Shown here in pieces: positions 52,720 to 62,926 of a stretch of DNA of 64,000 nucleotides. Source of the stretch: Clostridiales bacterium (lineage in GTDB: Bacteria; Bacillota; Clostridia; Christensenellales; Aristaeellaceae); contig DUQF01000013.1 in NCBI GenBank assembly GCA_012837965.1, forward strand, positions 17,360 to 81,359, written 5' to 3'. Made by a program: the position numbers and the translations under genes. Under the pieces are notes generated by a model. The model did no database searches. It saw only the letters and a program-made list of their open reading frames with translations, and was not told the DNA's origin. The stretch's first letter is position 1; every line of letters starts with the position of its first letter.

Positions 52720-54550
52720 ATTTGACGAATACGAATATCCCATGCAAATAAGTTTTGCTACTTGGAAAAAACTCTTTTCTTTTGGACGTTTTTTCTTGAA
52801 AGACTTTGCTGTGGTCATTGTTTTTATGTCCATCTTAGCTTTAACCAACGTTTTCATTCCGCTAATGACCCGTTATGCTATTGACCACTTTGTTCTCCCC
52901 CGTTCTATTACAGGGTTAGATATTTTTATTATCATCTACGGACTTATATTGTTGTTCCAAATCGTTTCTGTTTATTTGTTTATTTATCACGCAAGCAGAA
53001 TAGAATATGGTATGGCCTACAAAATTCGACAGGCAGGTTTTGAACGCTTGCAAACTTTATCTCTTTCTTTCTATGATCGAGTACCGGTTGGCTACCTCAT
53101 GAGCAGAATGACAAGTGACTGCAACCAACTGGGTGTGGCTTTTGGTTGGATATTGGTTGATATTGTTTGGGCTTTGGTTTATTTAGTAGCATCCCTTGTT
53201 TCCATGTTTATGATTCATTCCAAGCTAACGCTGCAAATTATTTTGGTATTACCGATTCTAACAGTTGTATCCATTTATTTTCAACGTAAAATTTTGGCGC
53301 AGCAACGTGAAGTGCGAAAGGCCAACAGCAAAGCATCGCACGCCTTTAATGAAAGTATTATGGGTGCAAAGACAATTAAATCACTCGTGCTTGAAGAAGA
53401 AACTGTACGGCGGTTTCATAAGGTATCAAGCGATATACGCCAAAAATCTATACGTTCCGCAAAACTCTCAGCTATTTATTTACCTGTTGTTATTTCCATT
53501 AGCTCTATAGCTTGTGCCTTTGCTATGGTTAAAGGATCCAATCAGGTAATAGCGGGCTTTATGACAGTTGGCTTCTTGAATGCGTATGTAAACTATGTAA
53601 TCAGCATGTTTGAACCCATTCATGATATTGCCGCTTCACTCTCAGAACTGCAAAGAATGCAAGCATCTGCAGAAAGGATTATAGGACTAATCAATACTGA
53701 GGCTGATATTGTTGATGACCCCGAAATAATCCAAACATATGGTGATTTTTTCAATCCAAAGAAAGAGAACTGGCCGTCCATCCGAGGCAATGTTGATTTT
53801 GAAAACGTGACTTTCCGCTATAAAGGCGGCGAGAAAGTGCTAAACAACTTCTCCTTACACGTTAACGCGGGCGAAAACATCGCTATTGTTGGTCCGACAG
53901 GCGCAGGAAAAAGTACGCTGGTTAATCTTTTATGCAGATTTTATGAACCGACTGAAGGTAATATTTTAATTGACGGTGTTGACTATCGAAAACGAAGTCA
54001 ACTATGGTTGCAGAGTAATTTAGGTTATGTCCTGCAGGAACCGCATCTATTTTCCGGAACCATTAAGGAAAATATCGCCTATGTCAAACCCGATGCTACG
54101 ATGGATGAAATTGTTGAAGCGGCCAAATTGGTCAATGCGCATTCTTTCATTCAAAAGCTTGATGGCGGATATAATGCTGACGTTGGTGAAGGCGGTGGAA
54201 AGCTTTCCACCGGCGAAAGGCAGCTGATTTCTTTTGCTCGTGCCGTTATCCACAACCCCACGCTTTTAGTACTGGATGAAGCAACTTCATCAGTTGACGC
54301 AAAAACAGAACAAGCTATACAGCATGCCATTGAAGCGGTGCTTAAAAACCGTACCAGTTTTGTAATCGCCCATCGATTAAGTACTATACGTTATGCGACC
54401 CGAATTATTGTGATTGATAGGGGGCAAGTCGTTGAAATGGGTACACATGATGAATTGATGAAAAAGCAAGATTTTTATTGGCGTTTATACACCAAGCAGT
54501 TAATTGACGAAAGGTCGAAATCTGCTCTTGGTACTAAAGATAAGGAGTAA
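52706..54550 (+). CDS. ABC exporter subunit (TMD-NBD half transporter) carrying the consensus ATP site
   Basis: It has Walker A GPTGAGKST, Walker B LLVLDEATS and a non-canonical signature LSTGERQ. It overlaps the upstream gene by 14 nt. Confidence 0.85.
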   Translation: MSAIKFDEYEYPMQISFATWKKLFSFGRFFLKDFAVVIVFMSILALTNVFIPLMTRYAIDHFVLPRSITGLDIFIIIYGLILLFQIVSVYLFIYHASRIEYGMAYKIRQAGFERLQTLSLSFYDRVPVGYLMSRMTSDCNQLGVAFGWILVDIVWALVYLVASLVSMFMIHSKLTLQIILVLPILTVVSIYFQRKILAQQREVRKANSKASHAFNESIMGAKTIKSLVLEEETVRRFHKVSSDIRQKSIRSAKLSAIYLPVVISISSIACAFAMVKGSNQVIAGFMTVGFLNAYVNYVISMFEPIHDIAASLSELQRMQASAERIIGLINTEADIVDDPEIIQTYGDFFNPKKENWPSIRGNVDFENVTFRYKGGEKVLNNFSLHVNAGENIAIVGPTGAGKSTLVNLLCRFYEPTEGNILIDGVDYRKRSQLWLQSNLGYVLQEPHLFSGTIKENIAYVKPDATMDEIVEAAKLVNAHSFIQKLDGGYNADVGEGGGKLSTGERQLISFARAVIHNPTLLVLDEATSSVDAKTEQAIQHAIEAVLKNRTSFVIAHRLSTIRYATRIIVIDRGQVVEMGTHDELMKKQDFYWRLYTKQLIDERSKSALGTKDKE

Positions 54551-56500
54551 ATGATGACACAACAAAGTTACACCTCTAAAAGCATTCAGGTGTTGGAGGG
54601 TTTAGACGCCGTCCGCATGCGTCCCGGCATGTACATTGGCACTACCGGTCAGCGAGGTTTGCATCATTTGCTTTGGGAAATTGTTGATAATGCCATTGAT
54701 GAAGCTGCCAGCGGTTTTTGTGATGAAATTATCATTACCTTACATAAAGATGGCTCAGCAAGCGTCTGGGACAATGGCCGTGGGTTACCCGTTGACCCTC
54801 ACCCTACCCTTGGCATCCCCGGACTCCAGGTGATTTTTACTCACCTACACGCAGGAGGTAAATTTGGTCACCAAAATTATGAATATTCAGGCGGTTTACA
54901 TGGTGTAGGCGCTTCGGTTGTTAATGCGCTCTCTAAGTGGATGGTGGTCGATAGTTACCGTGATTGGGAACACTGGCAAATGCGTTTTGAAACTGTCTAC
55001 AACAAAAAAGAAGATAAAATACACTCGGGTGTTCCCGCCACGCCATTAACCAAGGTTGGTAACACGCGCAAGCGTGGTTCGTATGTCCGTTTTCTCCCTG
55101 ATGAAGATGTTTTTGATGATATTAGTTTCAATCCGGAAATCGTATCTCGTCGTTTGCGTGAGCTCGCTTACTTAAATAAGGGTACCAAAATCATCTTTGT
55201 CGATGAAAAATCAGGTGAACCCAGTGAGGAGTTTTTATATGATGGCGGTATTGTAGACTATGTAAAAGTGCTAAACGAAGATAAATCCGCCCTGAATGAT
55301 ATCCCCATTTATTTAGCCGGAAGTAAAGACGGTGTCGTATGTGAGGTGGCTATTCAATACACTGATGCATACGCAGAATCAGTCTACTCTTATGTAAACA
55401 GTATCCCAACACCTCAGGGCGGTAGTCATGAAACAGGTTTTAGGTCTGCTGTTACCAAGTCGCTTAATGAATATGCTCGCCGCAGCGGTCACCTTAAAGA
55501 AAAGGACAATAACCTTGCCGGAGAAGACTACCGTGAAGGGATGACGGCAGTGCTGACTGTCAAGGTCAAAAACCCGCAATTCGAAGGCCAAACCAAGGGC
55601 CGACTTGGCAACACGGAAGTACGTCCAGTTATTGAAAACATCGTTTTAGAAACCTTGGGAGCCTACCTTGAAAACCTTAACAACACAGACACTGCTAACA
55701 ATATTGTTTTAAAGGCTATCAAAGCTTCCAAGGTACGTGAAGCAGCCAGAAAAGCAAGAGATGTTGAAAGAGCCAAAAATGATTTGGAGGCAGCCCCTTT
55801 AGTCGGCAAGTTGTCCAGCGCAACCGGTCGTAATCCTAAAGAAAACGAGTTGTTTATTGTCGAAGGCGACAGCGCAGGCGGAAGCGCCAAACAAGGTCGA
55901 GATCGGCGTTTTCAGGCCATTCTTCCTTTAAGAGGTAAACCGCTGAATGTTGAAAAAAAACGCATTGACCAAGTGCTCGGCAACGAAGAGTTTCGAAGCA
56001 TTATTACCGCCCTTGGTACTAATATTGATGAGTCTTTTAGCCTTGACGGGTTAAAATATGATAAGGTCATTATCCTCTCTGACGCTGATCAGGATGGGGC
56101 GCATATCCGTGCCATTTTACTTACCTTTTTCTACCGCTATATGCGAGAGTTGATTGCTAATGGCCACGTTTACATAGGCATGCCTCCGCTATATCTTGTA
56201 AAGTATGGGGACAAAGCAATTTATGCCTATAACGATAAAGAGCTTGAACAAATCATACCCAAAGACAGGAAATATACCATTCAACGATACAAGGGGCTTG
56301 GCGAAATGAACCCTGAACAACTTTGGGATACGACCATGAACCCGGCTACCCGCAAGCTCATGCGGGTTGAACTGACCGACGCTGCCCAAGAAGATCGAAT
56401 TATTTCCGTCCTTATGGGTGATAAGGTGGAACCAAGGCGTGACTATATCAGCAAACACGCTGATTTCTACCGACCGGACAACTTTGTTATTCCGTCTTAA
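54551..56500 (+). CDS. parE: Type IIA topoisomerase subunit B (GyrB/ParE family; ParE favoured because of its partner)
   Basis: It has a GHKL ATPase (LEGLDAVRMRPGMYIG ... HHLLWEIVDNAIDE), a Toprim domain (ELFIVEGDSAGGSAKQGRDR) and a PLRGK motif. The subfamily cannot be resolved by eye. Confidence 0.6.
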   Translation: MMTQQSYTSKSIQVLEGLDAVRMRPGMYIGTTGQRGLHHLLWEIVDNAIDEAASGFCDEIIITLHKDGSASVWDNGRGLPVDPHPTLGIPGLQVIFTHLHAGGKFGHQNYEYSGGLHGVGASVVNALSKWMVVDSYRDWEHWQMRFETVYNKKEDKIHSGVPATPLTKVGNTRKRGSYVRFLPDEDVFDDISFNPEIVSRRLRELAYLNKGTKIIFVDEKSGEPSEEFLYDGGIVDYVKVLNEDKSALNDIPIYLAGSKDGVVCEVAIQYTDAYAESVYSYVNSIPTPQGGSHETGFRSAVTKSLNEYARRSGHLKEKDNNLAGEDYREGMTAVLTVKVKNPQFEGQTKGRLGNTEVRPVIENIVLETLGAYLENLNNTDTANNIVLKAIKASKVREAARKARDVERAKNDLEAAPLVGKLSSATGRNPKENELFIVEGDSAGGSAKQGRDRRFQAILPLRGKPLNVEKKRIDQVLGNEEFRSIITALGTNIDESFSLDGLKYDKVIILSDADQDGAHIRAILLTFFYRYMRELIANGHVYIGMPPLYLVKYGDKAIYAYNDKELEQIIPKDRKYTIQRYKGLGEMNPEQLWDTTMNPATRKLMRVELTDAAQEDRIISVLMGDKVEPRRDYISKHADFYRPDNFVIPS

Positions 56501-56512
56501 AGGAGGCTTACG

Positions 56513-58969
56513 ATGGCAAAAAAGAAAACAACACAAATGCAGGAATTCGAGCCGCAAATCCTGTCCGGTACCTTAGAAGAAGTAATGCATAACAGCATGA
56601 TGCCCTATGCAGAACACGTTATCTTAGAAAGAGCTATACCCAGGGTGGAAGATGGATTAAAGCCCGTCCAGCGGAGAATACTGTATACCATGATGGAGCT
56701 CGGCCTTTCACCTGATAAACCGCACCGCAAATGCGCCCGCATCGTTGGTGATTGTTTAGGTAAGTATCACCCTCACGGAGATAGTTCTGTTTACGACGCT
56801 CTCGTTCGTTTGGCACAGCCTTTTTCAATGCGCGCGCCGCTGGTGGATGGGCACGGCAACTTCGGTTCAATCGATGGCGATATGGCCGCCGCCATGCGCT
56901 ATACAGAAGCCAGAATGACTCCTTTAGCGCTTGAAATGTTAAGGGATATTCATAAAGATACCGTACCATTCAGGCTCAACTTTGATGATACCTTGCAGGA
57001 ACCTGATGTACTTCCAGCTCGTTATCCCAATCTCTTGGTGAATGGGGCGTCAGGCATAGCCGTTGGGCTTGCTACCAATATTCCTACACATAATTTGCGT
57101 GAAACCATTCAAGCAACGACTTATTTAATTGATAATCATGACGCAACCTTGGATGAGTTAATGCAATTTATCCCCGCCCCAGACTTTCCAACAGGCGGTT
57201 ATTTACTAAAAACCCCGGCGATTCGTGAAGCTTATGAAACAGGGCGTGCCAAGCTTACCGTTCGAGGAAAGGTAGACATAGAAAAAGGAAGGAGCGGTAA
57301 ACACTTACTATGTATCACCGAGCTTCCTTATCAAGTCAATAAAGCCCAGCTGCTGGAGAAAATCCTGAAGCTGTCGGAAGATAAAAAGGATATTCTCAGT
57401 GGTATTTCCGATATTCGCGATGAAAGTGACCGTACGGGGATGCGTGCAGTCATTGAATTGAAAAAGGACGTGGATCCAGAAGTTATTCTTGGTGTCCTCT
57501 ACAAATATTCCGATTTACAGGTGACCTTTGGCGTTAACATGGTTGTCATTGCCGATGGTAAACCCAAGCAGTTAGGCTTGAAGCCAGTTCTAAGCGCTTA
57601 TATCCAGCATCAAAAGGAGGTAGTGCTTAGACGCACACGCTATGACCTCAACACTGCGGAAGCCAGAGAACATATTCTTGAAGGGCTAATGATTGCTGTT
57701 GATGCTTTGGATGAAACCATAGCGCTTATCCGTGCTTCTAAAAACGGTAAGGAAGCCAGAACTCGTTTATGTGAACGGTTTGAACTGACTGAAATTCAGG
57801 CGCAAGCCATCCTTGATTTAAGACTGCAGAGATTAACTAATTTAGAGATTCTTGAACTGCGAAAAGAGTATGAAGAAATTCTTAAAATCATCAAACGTTT
57901 AAAAAGCATTTTAAAAAGTGAAAAGAAGCTGCTTGAAGTTATTAAAACCGAACTTTCTGAAGTTGCTGAAAAATACGGCGATGATAGGCGGACTCAGCTA
58001 ATCAAAGAAGATAAAGAACTAAAAGCCAAGGTTGAAGAGCATGAAATGCCTGTGCCTGAAAATACTGTTGTTTCCATTAACCGAGGGCAACGTATAATAA
58101 GGCTTAGTCAGCGCAATTATGAAAGGATGGAGGCACCGGAAACGCCGGATGACCTTCCCCTATTTACTTTCCGTACCATGACGGACCGCACCCTCTGGTT
58201 ATTTACTTCACTTGGTAATTGTTTCCGGTTGGAGGTTGCCCAGCTACAGGAAAGTACACGGACAAAAGACCGAGGCATTTCGCTGGCAGGCGTGTTGGTT
58301 GGTTTACAAGATGATGAAAACATTGTAGCGGCTTTTGATGTTAATAGCATTGAAGCTCTCCCCTTTGATGAGCTAATTTTTGTCACCAAGAAAGGGCTTA
58401 TCAAGAGTTCTGTTGCACAAGACTATGACTTGAGACGTTCAAAGTTTATTGCTATTAAGTTGGGTGAAAAAGATGAACTGCTGGCTGTTTTTCCCGCACA
58501 TAAAGGATCAGATTGTTGGTTGATTAGCCAAAACGCTATGCTCATTCGATTTAACCTCTCGGAAGTCCCTGTAACCGGCAGAGCAACTCGTGGAGTAATT
58601 GGAATAAGGCTTTCTCCTGATGACGCTCTAATAGGCTGCGGCTTAATACTTGGTGACGAAAAGCTATTGTTGATGAGCGATCGTGGATTCGCTAAGCGGA
58701 TTGTTGCTACAACCATTGATCCGCAAAGACGGGGTGGTAAAGGCATGCGTGCCTTTACCTTCAATAAAAATGGTGGAAACGGTAGAAAACTTGCAGGGGC
58801 AATTGAAATTAACGATGCGGGTTTCTTCACGGTTGTGGAACACAGCGGAAAACTATCAACTTATTCCAGTATGGAGGTGGCTATCCAGTCATTAAAAGAT
58901 CGAGGCAAGCTTTATGTGGTAGATGCTGTCCTTGATAATACGGTTGATGATATTTTAACACAGAATTGA
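56513..58969 (+). CDS. parC: Type IIA topoisomerase subunit A (ParC-like)
   Basis: The active-site region reads [10 protein letters not shown]. ParC-like strings are [23 protein letters not shown] and [23 protein letters not shown]. No GyrA box lies at the first CTD blade ([13 protein letters not shown] instead). Confidence 0.6.
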   Translation: MAKKKTTQMQEFEPQILSGTLEEVMHNSMMPYAEHVILERAIPRVEDGLKPVQRRILYTMMELGLSPDKPHRKCARIVGDCLGKYHPHGDSSVYDALVRLAQPFSMRAPLVDGHGNFGSIDGDMAAAMRYTEARMTPLALEMLRDIHKDTVPFRLNFDDTLQEPDVLPARYPNLLVNGASGIAVGLATNIPTHNLRETIQATTYLIDNHDATLDELMQFIPAPDFPTGGYLLKTPAIREAYETGRAKLTVRGKVDIEKGRSGKHLLCITELPYQVNKAQLLEKILKLSEDKKDILSGISDIRDESDRTGMRAVIELKKDVDPEVILGVLYKYSDLQVTFGVNMVVIADGKPKQLGLKPVLSAYIQHQKEVVLRRTRYDLNTAEAREHILEGLMIAVDALDETIALIRASKNGKEARTRLCERFELTEIQAQAILDLRLQRLTNLEILELRKEYEEILKIIKRLKSILKSEKKLLEVIKTELSEVAEKYGDDRRTQLIKEDKELKAKVEEHEMPVPENTVVSINRGQRIIRLSQRNYERMEAPETPDDLPLFTFRTMTDRTLWLFTSLGNCFRLEVAQLQESTRTKDRGISLAGVLVGLQDDENIVAAFDVNSIEALPFDELIFVTKKGLIKSSVAQDYDLRRSKFIAIKLGEKDELLAVFPAHKGSDCWLISQNAMLIRFNLSEVPVTGRATRGVIGIRLSPDDALIGCGLILGDEKLLLMSDRGFAKRIVATTIDPQRRGGKGMRAFTFNKNGGNGRKLAGAIEINDAGFFTVVEHSGKLSTYSSMEVAIQSLKDRGKLYVVDAVLDNTVDDILTQN

Positions 58970-59012
58970 CAGAAGCCCCGTTAAAACCATACAATGAACA
59001 GAGGAGGTAAAC

Positions 59013-60077
59013 ATGCAGCAATTGAAAGATCGCTTTTTTGTTCATCCAGCCTTTGTTTGGGTGTTGGTTATCCTAAGCCTCACTTTAGCACTTCCCCTAT
59101 CTTGGATGTATTTGTCGCTGATGGTGCTGTTTATCATGCCCGTCTTAAGTATATGGCTCTCTTATGATAGGCAAAAGTTGTGGGCACCCTTATCACTTGC
59201 CCTGATTTTTGCGGCATTTGTTAAAAGTATTGGACCTTTGTATGGCTTTATTGCTGTTGTTTATCTCTTGCCTATCAGTGCCTGTGTATGGTTGTGTACC
59301 CAAAAAGATGTGTCCTTATTAAAGTCGATGGTTTTAAGCATGATTACCTACGGCTCTACTATTTTGGTTTTCACCCTTTTGGTTCGGACAATCTGGGGTG
59401 TTAATGCCATTGATATTGCAGCTACTTATGTTATCGAAAAAATTCAGGGTCTTCCTTACTTAGATGAGGTTTTGTATATTCTTTTAAGCAACGGCTTTTT
59501 ATCTCAAGTGGGTTTATTAGACGGAGCGCCAATATTCGTTGAAGGAGTACAGGGGATTGTTTTAACACAAGTTGCACGTGCTGAGCTATTGATGCAGATG
59601 CAAAGTATTATTATACAATACTTATCTTTACTGCTTCCTTCCTTATTAATTAGTTATAACATCCTGTTGTCAAGCTGTGGGTTAGCATTTGCTCAGTCAT
59701 ATTCAAAGACAAGTCAAATCTTGCCACGATCCCTTCCTTTTTCCAAGTGGCAGTTGCCACTTGAGGCTAAGAATTATTGGTGGATTGCCCTGTTGATATA
59801 TGCATCAAGCTTCATGGTTGAAGGCAGTCTAAGTTATCCTTTAGCCTATTTAACACAGGCAATTGCAACGGTTTTTATTGCCCTTGGACTAAGTTTTCTT
59901 GCCTTTACAACAAGAAGGTTCAGAAGCAAAAACATACGGCTTATACTGCTAATCATTGCCTATTTTATGTTCCCCCAGTTTCTTGCTATCATCGGCTATG
60001 CTGAATGGGTTTTTAACCTAAAAAACAGACATTTTTCAACACAGACGAACGATCAAATAAGGAGAAATAAAGAATGA
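59013..60077 (+). CDS. YybS-like polytopic membrane protein (DUF2232)
   Basis: 354 aa with many TM helices, positioned immediately upstream of rplI-dnaB as yybS is in Bacillus. The family call rests mainly on synteny and topology. Confidence 0.55.
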   Translation: MQQLKDRFFVHPAFVWVLVILSLTLALPLSWMYLSLMVLFIMPVLSIWLSYDRQKLWAPLSLALIFAAFVKSIGPLYGFIAVVYLLPISACVWLCTQKDVSLLKSMVLSMITYGSTILVFTLLVRTIWGVNAIDIAATYVIEKIQGLPYLDEVLYILLSNGFLSQVGLLDGAPIFVEGVQGIVLTQVARAELLMQMQSIIIQYLSLLLPSLLISYNILLSSCGLAFAQSYSKTSQILPRSLPFSKWQLPLEAKNYWWIALLIYASSFMVEGSLSYPLAYLTQAIATVFIALGLSFLAFTTRRFRSKNIRLILLIIAYFMFPQFLAIIGYAEWVFNLKNRHFSTQTNDQIRRNKE

Positions 60078-60526
60078 AAGTCATTTTAACATCTGATGTT
60101 CCTGGAACGGGCAAGAAAAACCAGGTTGTCACGGTAAGCGCCGGATACGCAAGGAATTTTCTGTTCCCAAGAAAGTTGGCCAGAGAAGCCACCCCCGGGG
60201 CCATTAAAGAAATTGAACGCCGCAATGAGGCTGAAGCCAGAGAAGAAGCTCAGCGTCTTAAAGAAGCCGAAGAGTTGGCTGCTTCCTTAAAAGGAAAAAT
60301 CGTAACCTTACACGTCAAAGCTGGTGAAAAAGGACGGCTTTATGGAAGCGTTACCACGCAAGAAGTCGCTGATGCTATTGAAAAGCAGCTTGACCAAACA
60401 ATTGATAAGCGTAAAATCGAGCTGAAAGAAGCTATCCGAACTGTGGGAACAAGTGAAGCTACTTTACGTCTTTATCCCGGCGTTACCACCCAAATTCAAT
60501 TAAAGGTCACGGCTGTCGAAAAATGA
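60074..60526 (+). CDS. rplI: 50S ribosomal protein L9
   Basis: It reads MKVILTSDVPGTGKKNQVVTVSAGYARNFLFPRKLA and is 150 aa long. Confidence 0.95.
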   Translation: MKVILTSDVPGTGKKNQVVTVSAGYARNFLFPRKLAREATPGAIKEIERRNEAEAREEAQRLKEAEELAASLKGKIVTLHVKAGEKGRLYGSVTTQEVADAIEKQLDQTIDKRKIELKEAIRTVGTSEATLRLYPGVTTQIQLKVTAVEK

Positions 60527-61875
60527 GCGAACTAAAAGCTAACAGCGGAATTTTTGCCCAAGAGCAAGAGCGCTACCTGTTGCCTCCACATAGCGCAGAA
60601 GCTGAGCGCTCTGTTCTTGGCGCTTGCATGCAAAGCAGTACCGCACTATCCGAAGCCCTGGAGCTTCTACAAGAGGATGATTTTTATCAGCCCGCTCACT
60701 CGACCATTTTTAAAGCAATGCGTGAACTCAATATTCAATCACGTGCCGTTGACCTAATCACCTTAAGTGAAGAACTAGTCAGGCAAACACACCTTGAAAC
60801 TGTTGGCGGCCACATGTATTTGGTTGATTTGATGCAATCGGTGCCCACTCTAGTTAATACAAGATATTATGTGGATATTGTGATTGAAAAATCCACCTTA
60901 AGAAAATTGATACATGCTTCCCAAACTATCAGCCAAACCTGTTATAAGCAGGAAGATACGCTTGAAGATATTTTGATGCAGGCTGAAAAGTTGATTTTTG
61001 ATATTGTCATGAAGCGCACGGGCAGCCAGCAGCTTAAGCATATTAGCGAAGTATTAAAAGACACCTATGCGCAAATGGAAGAACTTGCCCGCAACAAGGG
61101 CCAGATTTCCGGTGTTCCTACCGGTTTTAGCAAGCTTGATGATTTGCTTACCGGGCTTCATAACGGTGAACTTGTAATGGTAGGCGCACGCCCTAGTATG
61201 GGTAAGACAAGCTTCGCTATTAACATAGCCACTTATGCAGCCTTAAAAGGACATTCAGTGGCAGTGTTTAGCTTAGAGATGCCTAGTGAACAAATTGCCA
61301 TGCGTATCCTCTGCTGTGAGGCAAGAATTAATTTACAACGGGTACGCCAAGGAATCTTGGAAACCAAAGAATGGGAAAAGTTAGCAATGACTCTCGCCCC
61401 GCTTACGCAAGCTCCCCTTTATTTGGATGATACTTCCAGCTTAACCCCATCACAGCTTCGTAGTCGCTGCCGTCGTTTGATGATGGAGAAAAAACTTGAT
61501 CTTGTTATTATCGACTACTTGCAGCTTATGAGTACCGACGGCAGGCCAGAAAACAGGCAACAAGAAGTCAGTGAAATTTCAAGGCGGCTGAAAGGCATTG
61601 CTTTAGAGTTAAAGGTACCTATTCTTGCCTGTGCCCAACTCTCCCGTGCCAATACACAGCGTTCAGACAAGCGGCCTCTGCTTTCAGATCTTCGTGATTC
61701 AGGCTCCATTGAACAAGATGCCGATGTGGTCATGTTTTTGCACCGAGAAGGTTATTATGATGAAACTGTTGAGAATCCCAACATAGCAGAAACTATTATT
61801 GCAAAACAGCGTAACGGTCCATTGGGCACAATAAAACTATATTGGCATGATGAGTATACATTATTTGAGGATTGA
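60523..61875 (+). CDS. dnaB: Replicative DNA helicase (DnaB family; DnaC in Bacillus nomenclature)
   Basis: It reads PPHSAEAERSVLGACM ... GARPSMGKTSFAINIA (Walker A) ... VIIDYLQLM ... RNGPLGT. Confidence 0.95.
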   Translation: MSELKANSGIFAQEQERYLLPPHSAEAERSVLGACMQSSTALSEALELLQEDDFYQPAHSTIFKAMRELNIQSRAVDLITLSEELVRQTHLETVGGHMYLVDLMQSVPTLVNTRYYVDIVIEKSTLRKLIHASQTISQTCYKQEDTLEDILMQAEKLIFDIVMKRTGSQQLKHISEVLKDTYAQMEELARNKGQISGVPTGFSKLDDLLTGLHNGELVMVGARPSMGKTSFAINIATYAALKGHSVAVFSLEMPSEQIAMRILCCEARINLQRVRQGILETKEWEKLAMTLAPLTQAPLYLDDTSSLTPSQLRSRCRRLMMEKKLDLVIIDYLQLMSTDGRPENRQQEVSEISRRLKGIALELKVPILACAQLSRANTQRSDKRPLLSDLRDSGSIEQDADVVMFLHREGYYDETVENPNIAETIIAKQRNGPLGTIKLYWHDEYTLFED

Positions 61876-61879
61876 GGAA

Positions 61880-62860
61880 ATGAGTGACAGTTTAAACACA
61901 ACAGATATTATTTCATTACAAAAGGATGATGACTTTTCGGGGTTTCTTCGGGTACAAAAGTCCGATGAATTAAAAGATAGAAACGGAAAAACCTATTTTA
62001 ACCTGACACTATCTGATAAAACAGGAGCAATCAACGCCAAGGTATGGGATGCGGGGCTGCTTGAACTTCCCCCACAGGGTTCTGTTATTAAAATAGCCTC
62101 ATCTATTGTGACTGAATTTAAGGGTAACTTACAGCTTCGTGTTAATAGTTTTCGTGTTGCCGACGACAATGACGGGTATGACCTGTCTATGTTGGTTGCA
62201 ACCTCCCCCGAAACTTCCGAAGTAATGTTTGAGTACTTAGATGAAATAATCGCCAGCATTAAAAATAATACATTGCATAAAATTGTCAGCTCAGTTGTGG
62301 ATAAAGTACGTGATAAACTCTATTATTACCCTGCCGCACAAATGATGCACCATGTAACACATGGTGGTTTGCTGCACCACATTACCAGCATGTTAAAGGT
62401 AGCAGAAGCTCTTGCTGCTTGCTATCCAAATATCAACCGTGATTTGCTGCTTTCAGGGGTTATTGTGCACGATTTGGGAAAAATCCATGAGCTTGCAAGC
62501 GATACAACGGGCGCCCCGCTTGGCTATACCAAGGACGGAATGTTATTTGGTCATCTTTTACGTGGATTTTCCATGATTGAAAAAGCGGCAGATGAGGCAG
62601 GTATTTTGGAAGATGATGAAATGTATATGCTTCTGCAGCACATGATGGTAAGCCACCATGGCTTGATTGAGCATGGCAGTCTGCGTAAACCTATGTTTGC
62701 TGAGGCGGAGATGCTCTACTTTATCGACAACTTAGATGCCCGGATGAATGAGTTTGAAACCATCATAAACCAGCTTTCACCCGGATCTTTTAGTGAAAGG
62801 AAACCTTTCTTGGACAATCGTAGCCTATATCGGCCCATCTTTGATGAGGACAAGGCTTGA
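61880..62860 (+). CDS. yhaM: 3'-5' exoribonuclease YhaM-like (OB-fold plus HD domain)
   Basis: The N-terminal OB fold reads DRNGKTYFNLTLSDKTGAINAKVWDA. The HD domain reads HHVTHGGLLHHITSML ... VIVHDLGK ... VSHHG. The ATG at 61880 follows GAGGA. Confidence 0.75.
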   Translation: MSDSLNTTDIISLQKDDDFSGFLRVQKSDELKDRNGKTYFNLTLSDKTGAINAKVWDAGLLELPPQGSVIKIASSIVTEFKGNLQLRVNSFRVADDNDGYDLSMLVATSPETSEVMFEYLDEIIASIKNNTLHKIVSSVVDKVRDKLYYYPAAQMMHHVTHGGLLHHITSMLKVAEALAACYPNINRDLLLSGVIVHDLGKIHELASDTTGAPLGYTKDGMLFGHLLRGFSMIEKAADEAGILEDDEMYMLLQHMMVSHHGLIEHGSLRKPMFAEAEMLYFIDNLDARMNEFETIINQLSPGSFSERKPFLDNRSLYRPIFDEDKA

Positions 62861-62926
62861 CGAATACATAAATTGTTGTTACAATTTATTACAGAATTCT
62901 GAATTTTTACAACTGGAGGTAAGATC

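Noticed and set aside
54551-58969. Calling the topoisomerase pair gyrB/gyrA because it lies near origin-proximal genes (yybS-rplI-dnaB).
   Set aside because: The A subunit carries ParC-like signature strings and lacks a first-blade GyrA box, and dnaA-dnaN-recF are not adjacent. I kept it as a ParE/ParC-like call at moderate confidence only, since phylogeny is needed.
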